DNA of 64,000 nucleotides from IMG/VR virus record IMGVR_UViG_3300037067_011302, positions 32,001 to 96,000 of that record. The stretch is one strand, 5' to 3'. A program made the position numbers and the translations under genes. The DNA is from a virus. Taxonomy: Duplodnaviria; Caudoviricetes. Positions 58,009 through 64,000 of this stretch are shown here, one piece after another. How positions within the stretch are numbered: the first letter of the stretch is position 1; each line of letters starts with the position of its first letter. Under the pieces are notes generated by a model. The model worked only from the letters and a program-made list of their open reading frames with translations. It had not been told where the DNA came from and did not search any database.

Positions 58009-58320
58009 CTAAGTAGGATGTTCGTCGAATGTCATCACCGCATTGACGATCGCAAGTGCACGTACGTCACTCGGATCAGGTCTCCACCCTTCGTTCCACT
58101 CCTTCCTATGAGGATACACCCACGTTCGTGCACACAGCGAACAACACTCAAACTTCTTCCATGAATCCTCGTCATCCTCGGTCCTCATCACGACGCCACA
58201 CATTCCGCAGTACGTCGGAGCGCGTGCAGTCAATTCAGCAGGCTTGATGACAAAGAATCCACTCGAGTGCTTTCTGATCACACGTCCATGCCCATACGAC
58301 CTCCAGTCACTATCATCCAT
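58009..58320 (-). CDS. Small Zn-binding protein
   Basis: CGMC...CCSLC...W..GWRP; start MDDSDW. Confidence 0.6.
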   Translation of the reverse strand: MDDSDWRSYGHGRVIRKHSSGFFVIKPAELTARAPTYCGMCGVVMRTEDDEDSWKKFECCSLCARTWVYPHRKEWNEGWRPDPSDVRALAIVNAVMTFDEHPT

Positions 58321-61300
58321 ATTGCACCGACGCATCCTTTTCATTCTTAAAGATCTCAATCACGGTGTCGGCGACATCCTTGATTCCATCAACGTGTGTG
58401 ACGACAATGATTGACTTAAAGTACCTCTTCAACGACGTCAACAGGCGATTACAGGCCTCGATGCCAGACTCGTCCAACGCACTGAAACCTTCATCAATGA
58501 TGAAGAAGTCTGTCTTTGGAAGTGTCGACACGTTGATCAGTGCCACTCTGATCGCAATCGACGCAATCATCTTTTCCATTCCTGATGCCAACTCAATGAT
58601 CCGACGACTGTCACCGTAGTTGATGTACACGTCAAGCGAATCGCTCTCCTCATCAGATTCAAGTTCAATTACGAAGTCAACGATTCCCTGCAGGATCGAC
58701 GCAATCTCACCGTTGATGATCGGAAGCTGTGCGGCAATGATCCTACCAGGAACACCGTGCCTAGAAAATGCTTGAACTATGAGCTCATGACACTTCATCC
58801 GCTGCAACAATGCCGAATGTGCCTTCTTGTCTGAGACACACTTATCAATCGCTGCCTTCGCGCGACCAACATCCTTCGCCGCGGCGACCTTCGCGTCATC
58901 GACTTCCTTTGCTGAGGCAATCAATGTCGCCAGATCGTTCTTCAACGAATTCACTCGCTCTATCGCGGCGCTGTCAAATGCCCGCTCGAGCCTACTCAAC
59001 TCATCTCTCGCAACGATCAACGACGATTTCGTCTCCCCGAGCGCCGTCTCGAGGCGATTAATGTCGATTGTACGCTGCATCGCGTCCATGTGCAGCTTAG
59101 CAACCTTCTTGCCCAACGTTTCAACGCGCTCCAACTTGACATCAACTTCATCTCCCTCCAAATCTTCAAGCGCATTTGAAGCAACATTCAGTGCGTTGAG
59201 TGCATCATCGGCCAATTTTCTCTGTTCATCCAATCGTCCCTTGATCGCGTATGCATCCTTGATGAACCTACACGTCGGATATTCATCACCGCACGGAACG
59301 GTGTCCAACACTGCGGTTGAATTCTCGTATCCTCGTAGGACGGATTGTTCCTTTTCACACGCATGTCGTAACTTTTCAATCGTTGAACGTGCGTTGACCA
59401 ACAAAGAACTACGTCTCTTCAAGTCGTCAACGTCGTACGATTTTAACTCATCTGAAAGAACGTCGATCGACGACACCATCGTTTCATGTTGATTTTTCAT
59501 CGCACCGAGGATCAAAGAAGCCTTCTCCTCTCGCTCCTCCAACGAACGCACGGTGGCGCGCTGCGACTTCACCTGTTCTGAGCGAACTGGAATGATTGTG
59601 CATTGATCCAACGACCTCTTGACAGAATCAATCTGATCACGAAGAGAATCGTGTTCCAACGTCTTTTGCTCAATCAGGTCATCGCACATCACAATCTTGT
59701 CGTGAAGGCTCTTCTCCAGTGAGCTCCAATCACGTTCAGGAATGCCCTTCAATAATCCCTTGACGATGTTGATCTCTTCCTTCGATTGACCGTGGAGCGC
59801 CTGAAATACGTCAAGGTCCAAAAATCTCACCACGATCTGACGACGTTTTGTTGAACCATGATTTATGAACAACTTCAGGTCGTCCTGTGCAGACAATGAC
59901 GTGAGCACAAAGTCGTCGAACGTGCCAATCAACTTCCTGATCACCTTCTCTGTGTCATACCTCTGCTCGCCGTTGAGGTCGACTAACTCTCCGTTGACGA
60001 TCCTGAAGACGTTCAGTGCGGTGTTCGAATAGACGACGCCCTTCTTTGATTCCGTCTTCGTCGTCTGACGTTCAATCACGTAATCTTGTCCGCCGACGTT
60101 CAACACGCAGCGAGCAAGGCAATATGGCTTTCTAGCGTTTATGATGTGAACATTCTTCATGCACCCACGGTCGGTTCCATTGAACAATGCATACGTCAAC
60201 GAACCGACCAACGACGATTTTCCTATCCTATTTGGACCGAACACGCCGACGATTCCTCGTAGGGCATCAAACTCGATGAAGTTTCCTTCACCATACGCAA
60301 ATGTGTTGTCGAATTCCAAACGTTTCAATGACCACGATGTATTCCTCAACACGTCCTGGTCGTTGACTGCAACCAAATTTGCATTGATGATCGCTGACGT
60401 TGACTCCCACTCATCATCATTAACGTCAGCATTCGCGTGAAATTCCTTCAGCAACTTCACCAACACGTCAACGCTTCGTAGGTCATCCTTCTTTAGGACC
60501 ATCGTGTCCATTGCAATGACCGAACTTCGCTGCACGTCGTCGCACTTGAACGTAACCTCTGAAACGTCCAGTGCATTCTTCAATTCATGAGTGACATTGA
60601 CGGCTTCCTTGTGCCTCAATGATTCATGGCTTGAGATCCTCACGCGGCTCTTTGCAGGAAACTTTCCCTGTGAATACGCAATCGTGGCGGCAGCGCTTCC
60701 CTGCCACGGAACGGTGACGTACGGACGATCGTTCGGCAATTCAACGAATGACACATCGTACGTTGAATTGTCCTTGATGTCCCACAACAGGTAGCCGTGT
60801 TCGATCGACTCACCGTAAGAATTCTGCATGAATGAACCAGGATACGCAACGTTTGGAACAACAACATTCACTCGCTTTCCATCGACGATCCTAACCTGTT
60901 CTCTCTCTGACAAGAATTGCTTCCTGTGAATGTCGCCCAACATCGCACATGTGTATTCACTGAAGAAATCGGACGTCATCTCCGACTCAACCTTCCAATC
61001 GATGTCCAACTTAGCACCAGCGACCGGACCGTGATAGCACGCAATGTTTACCTGATCCGGTTCTGGATAAACGTTCTTCCAACCTTCGAGGTCAAACACG
61101 CTGAACACACACCAATTGAACCCACGTTCGAATTCATACACGCCGCTCTTCTTGTACATGTGTATGCGTGGATTTCCCAATAGGTCAATGATCGGCGACA
61201 CAGCGTCCTGTCGACAAGCATTGCTGCAGATGCCATCGTGGTTGCCGAGTATAAAGTGAACCGGCGCAGCATCCGCCAACGACTTCAACCACCAACTCAT

Positions 61301-61480
61301 GAAGTCAATGTATTCAGGAGAGATGTTCTGCGTCTTTGTGTGATAGATGTCACCTGCTATGTAGATGGCATCGACCTTCTTTTTTGTCACGTCATCGATG
61401 AACGCTTCAGTGACCGACTTCACTTCGTCATGACGAGATAACGAGCGAATGTGTATGTCTGCGGCGTGGGCAATCAACAT
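58313..61480 (-). CDS. Fused Mre11/SbcD nuclease and Rad50/SbcC ATPase (gp47-gp46 fusion)
   Basis: ADIH, AGDIYH, GNHD, LGDIH; Walker A GPNRIGKSS, coiled coil, ASGMEK, IIDEGF, VTH. Confidence 0.92.
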   Translation of the reverse strand: MLIAHAADIHIRSLSRHDEVKSVTEAFIDDVTKKKVDAIYIAGDIYHTKTQNISPEYIDFMSWWLKSLADAAPVHFILGNHDGICSNACRQDAVSPIIDLLGNPRIHMYKKSGVYEFERGFNWCVFSVFDLEGWKNVYPEPDQVNIACYHGPVAGAKLDIDWKVESEMTSDFFSEYTCAMLGDIHRKQFLSEREQVRIVDGKRVNVVVPNVAYPGSFMQNSYGESIEHGYLLWDIKDNSTYDVSFVELPNDRPYVTVPWQGSAAATIAYSQGKFPAKSRVRISSHESLRHKEAVNVTHELKNALDVSEVTFKCDDVQRSSVIAMDTMVLKKDDLRSVDVLVKLLKEFHANADVNDDEWESTSAIINANLVAVNDQDVLRNTSWSLKRLEFDNTFAYGEGNFIEFDALRGIVGVFGPNRIGKSSLVGSLTYALFNGTDRGCMKNVHIINARKPYCLARCVLNVGGQDYVIERQTTKTESKKGVVYSNTALNVFRIVNGELVDLNGEQRYDTEKVIRKLIGTFDDFVLTSLSAQDDLKLFINHGSTKRRQIVVRFLDLDVFQALHGQSKEEINIVKGLLKGIPERDWSSLEKSLHDKIVMCDDLIEQKTLEHDSLRDQIDSVKRSLDQCTIIPVRSEQVKSQRATVRSLEEREEKASLILGAMKNQHETMVSSIDVLSDELKSYDVDDLKRRSSLLVNARSTIEKLRHACEKEQSVLRGYENSTAVLDTVPCGDEYPTCRFIKDAYAIKGRLDEQRKLADDALNALNVASNALEDLEGDEVDVKLERVETLGKKVAKLHMDAMQRTIDINRLETALGETKSSLIVARDELSRLERAFDSAAIERVNSLKNDLATLIASAKEVDDAKVAAAKDVGRAKAAIDKCVSDKKAHSALLQRMKCHELIVQAFSRHGVPGRIIAAQLPIINGEIASILQGIVDFVIELESDEESDSLDVYINYGDSRRIIELASGMEKMIASIAIRVALINVSTLPKTDFFIIDEGFSALDESGIEACNRLLTSLKRYFKSIIVVTHVDGIKDVADTVIEIFKNEKDASVQYG

Positions 61481-61490
61481 TCAAATTTCC

Positions 61491-62459
61491 TCACCTGATC
61501 TTTAGATTGACGTGTACTGCATTCGACAATCGATCCATGAACGAGTCAATCCACACTGGGGACTTTGCTTCATTGAGCGCCTCAGCAAATCGCTGCTTCG
61601 ACACATTGCCAGGATCTCCGAGTTCGCGCGTGTCGACCACCTTCACGTCAATGTCATATTCCAAGAATTTTGCAACGATCCGCGGCGTCTTCGTGTACCA
61701 CATGTCACCGTCCAGTGCCAACGCGACGGGTGTCTTGTTCACAAGAATCTCATTGAACAAGGCGTATTCCTCGTTGATGTCAGAACCAAGCAGTGGCACG
61801 ACGTTGTCACCGCACTTGAACATGTCGAACGTTCCCTCACAGAGGACCAATCGCTGCGCCCAATCAACGTTGAGCTCATTGAAGACAAGTGACGTCCTCT
61901 CGGTCACAAATGGGTTGTCGTACTTCGGCCAACGACTGTCATCTATTGCCCTACCGACGAAGTAGTTTAGCTTTCCCGTTTTATCGTAGGATGGTATGAG
62001 CACGCGCCGGCGCCAGTGACTCTCATCAGAAAAACCAACCTTGTAGAGCCACAGTTCACGTTCAGTGACACCACGCTTCGTGAGGTACCTCAACATCGCA
62101 CGAGCGTCAGGATCATTCGACGTGACGAGTAGCTTAAAGTCCGACGGAAGCGATACCTCGTGCTTCTCCGGTTCAACTGTCTTCACGTTAGCGAGGTGAG
62201 GAGCAAAACGTTGAACGTATTCGTTGTATTGATCGTATGTACAATATTTTTTGACAAGAGGGGCGATTGTACGTGCACGATAGCCACACACCCAACAGTG
62301 CGTCCTCTCATCGTCTGTCCTGATCGCCAACTTACGTTTTTGCTTGTCACTCGACGCGCAGATGGGACACCAGACGGTCGCATTCAATCCGTCACGAGAA
62401 ATGTGTGCCTTTCCGAAACATCGTTCAATAAATCGCAGCTTTTCGGTGACGCTCAGCAC
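61491..62459 (-). CDS. DNA primase (zinc finger + TOPRIM)
   Basis: CPIC...HCWVC, YLTKRG, YFVGR, LCEGTFD, LALDGD, DPG. Confidence 0.9.
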   Translation of the reverse strand: MLSVTEKLRFIERCFGKAHISRDGLNATVWCPICASSDKQKRKLAIRTDDERTHCWVCGYRARTIAPLVKKYCTYDQYNEYVQRFAPHLANVKTVEPEKHEVSLPSDFKLLVTSNDPDARAMLRYLTKRGVTERELWLYKVGFSDESHWRRRVLIPSYDKTGKLNYFVGRAIDDSRWPKYDNPFVTERTSLVFNELNVDWAQRLVLCEGTFDMFKCGDNVVPLLGSDINEEYALFNEILVNKTPVALALDGDMWYTKTPRIVAKFLEYDIDVKVVDTRELGDPGNVSKQRFAEALNEAKSPVWIDSFMDRLSNAVHVNLKIR

Positions 62460-62465
62460 ACATTC

Positions 62466-62494
62466 ATTCTATCACATTTCTCATTCACCGTTCA
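62466..62494 (-). promoter_or_regulatory. Putative early/middle promoter TGAACG-N17-TAnnnT (representative)
   Basis: Also at 3484 (polymerase), 35081, 36447, 41460 (N16) and 36112 (weaker) on minus, and 18239 on plus; all precede non-structural genes. Confidence 0.7.
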
Positions 62495-63032
62495 ACAGGC
62501 GAATCATGCCCGCCTTGGCAATGACATACGCATCGACCTCATCGTGTGACCAATCGACAAACTTTTCACTGTTCCTCTTCTTCGGCCACACAACGTTTGA
62601 CAGTTCATTCGCCGAGATGTGTTGAAAGACCTGTTCCTTGTGATCGATTCCACACTTCTTCTTGTTCTGCAGCTTGACTCCACACGCCTTTCTGGCTGTG
62701 GGTGCCGCAATGTACGCAGGATCGACAAGGAACGTCTGCCTTGCAAAGTAACTGACGAGACCGTTGAACTTCGACAACGTCGTGAGCGTGGCGGCACTGG
62801 AGAATCCAGGCCTGAACGATTGAAGAGATTCCTCAATGAACACGTCAGTCACGCCGGACGCAAATGATGCCTTCGCACTTACGAAGTACTCCATGATGAG
62901 GTCAGCCTTGTCCCACAACGTGTTACACTTCGACAACGACACGTGATCTAATTTCACAACGTTAAATGATTCGTCAATGACGCAGATACCAGTGCACGTC
63001 GTCGAAACATCAAGACCAAGAACAACTCTCAT
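62481..63032 (-). CDS. RuvC-like Holliday junction resolvase
   Basis: VLGLDVSTTCTG, VFIEE, DEVDAYVIA. Confidence 0.85.
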   Translation of the reverse strand: MRVVLGLDVSTTCTGICVIDESFNVVKLDHVSLSKCNTLWDKADLIMEYFVSAKASFASGVTDVFIEESLQSFRPGFSSAATLTTLSKFNGLVSYFARQTFLVDPAYIAAPTARKACGVKLQNKKKCGIDHKEQVFQHISANELSNVVWPKKRNSEKFVDWSHDEVDAYVIAKAGMIRLLNGE

Positions 63033-63074
63033 GAGTCGACTATATCACTTCACGTGACACACGGTGCCGCCGAC

Positions 63075-63482
63075 TCACAGGACCCCAAGACCCTTCAACT
63101 CATGTTCGGTGATCACTTCCAGGGTACACTGGTGTTCACTGCACCACTGTTTGGCCGCCTCGGTCTTCTTCATCACCTTGGCATGGGCCAACTTGTTCGA
63201 AGGCTTGATTTCGACTAGACGATCCTCACCAGATGCGTAGTGAATGAGAAAATCAGGGAAGTATCTCTTGAGCGAGCCGGTGCGCACGTTGGACACGTAC
63301 ATGATTATGACCTTCTCGTACTCATAAGACGTGACCGTCGGGTCTTCGTCCAAATACTTCATGTAGGCGAGCTCCCATGACGAACGATAGGCACACTCGC
63401 CTGCCTTCGGAGACACGTGGATTCCTGTCTTGTAGTGACCCTTACGGGGCTTCTTACGAGGTCTCGTTTTTTTCGTTGCCAT
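63075..63482 (-). CDS. Head-completion nuclease (T4 gp4 / TnsA N-terminal-like)
   Basis: YRSSWE, YEYE, RYFPDF, LVEIKP, ITEHEL. Confidence 0.85.
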   Translation of the reverse strand: MATKKTRPRKKPRKGHYKTGIHVSPKAGECAYRSSWELAYMKYLDEDPTVTSYEYEKVIIMYVSNVRTGSLKRYFPDFLIHYASGEDRLVEIKPSNKLAHAKVMKKTEAAKQWCSEHQCTLEVITEHELKGLGVL

Positions 63483-63512
63483 GTCAAGATCCTATGTCAC
63501 GGCACGTCACTT

Positions 63513-64000
63513 TCAAAAATCGTGCCTGATCGTGAACTTGATCTTCGACCCGGTCCTCTTGATGATGGGCTGTGCCAGCTGTGACTTCATCACAACGTTC
63601 ATGTTGTCGTCGTGGAAGTTAATGCCGGTGATGTAGACAAAATTTTCGTCAGGATCGTTCGGGTATGCCGACGGAGGAACGTCAACGTAGTTCAAGTTTG
63701 ATGAAGAGTTGAGTTGATTTGCCGGAGCGATCACGTCCAACCTCATGACGTGTATGTTCTGCTCACCCCTAAAGCTCAATTCGTAGCCCTCCTTGCCGAA
63801 GAAGTACAGGTGTGGGCTCTTGATCGCAATGATTCCTTCGTCATAGAACACCGTTCCGACAGCGTTCCAGGTCGACGCTGACGTCACACAGTCAGCCCTG
63901 TACAACGTTCCTCGACCGTCGTCCTTCAACGTGATTCCGAACGCATCATCAGAACCGTACAACGACGAATCTTTCAACGTGACGCTGCCAGGTAGGATCC
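63513..64000 (-). CDS. C-terminus of a large virion structural protein (partial)
   Basis: Frame open to the window edge; VGTVFYDEG, YITGINFHDD..LAQPIIKR..DF. Confidence 0.6.
   Translation of the reverse strand, partial: ILPGSVTLKDSSLYGSDDAFGITLKDDGRGTLYRADCVTSASTWNAVGTVFYDEGIIAIKSPHLYFFGKEGYELSFRGEQNIHVMRLDVIAPANQLNSSSNLNYVDVPPSAYPNDPDENFVYITGINFHDDNMNVVMKSQLAQPIIKRTGSKIKFTIRHDF

Noticed and set aside
1-64000. Stop-codon reassignment as in some jumbo phages
   Set aside because: Long core genes are intact in the standard code, and TAG, TGA and TAA all end genes at sensible positions.

Overview
This window is part of the genome of a large, T4-related (contractile-tailed) jumbo-type bacteriophage read in the standard genetic code. 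Most genes lie on the minus strand. It holds nearly the whole virion module: terminase, portal with two HNH inteins, prohead protease with a mini-intein, scaffold, major capsid protein (MCP), neck proteins, two tandem tail sheaths, tail tube, tail chaperone, tape measure and baseplate. It also carries a fused Mre11-Rad50, primase, RuvC-like resolvase, a minimal family-A polymerase, an HD hydrolase, an endolysin, a peptide deformylase, a DNA methyltransferase and several zinc-finger homing-type endonucleases. Two promoter classes are visible, a late TAYTTA box and TGAACG-N17-TAnnnT, and both often imply leaderless mRNAs. The most striking unexplained features are: (1) two adjacent small paralogues, each with a shared SH3-like domain fused to a different fragment of this phage's own MCP, one matching the T4 Gol-peptide region (candidate capsid-mimic decoys); (2) three dispersed self-promoted paralogues with a conserved N-terminus, a putative capsid-targeting leader and variable 24-aa helical repeats; (3) a 15-bp near-palindrome forming ~21-bp-period micro-arrays at mobile-endonuclease loci; (4) a likely +1 frameshift in the tail chaperone; (5) a tail-fibre gene broken by an inverted 180-bp coding fragment. 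No tRNA, rRNA or CRISPR array was recognised. All family calls come from motif recognition by eye, not database searches.
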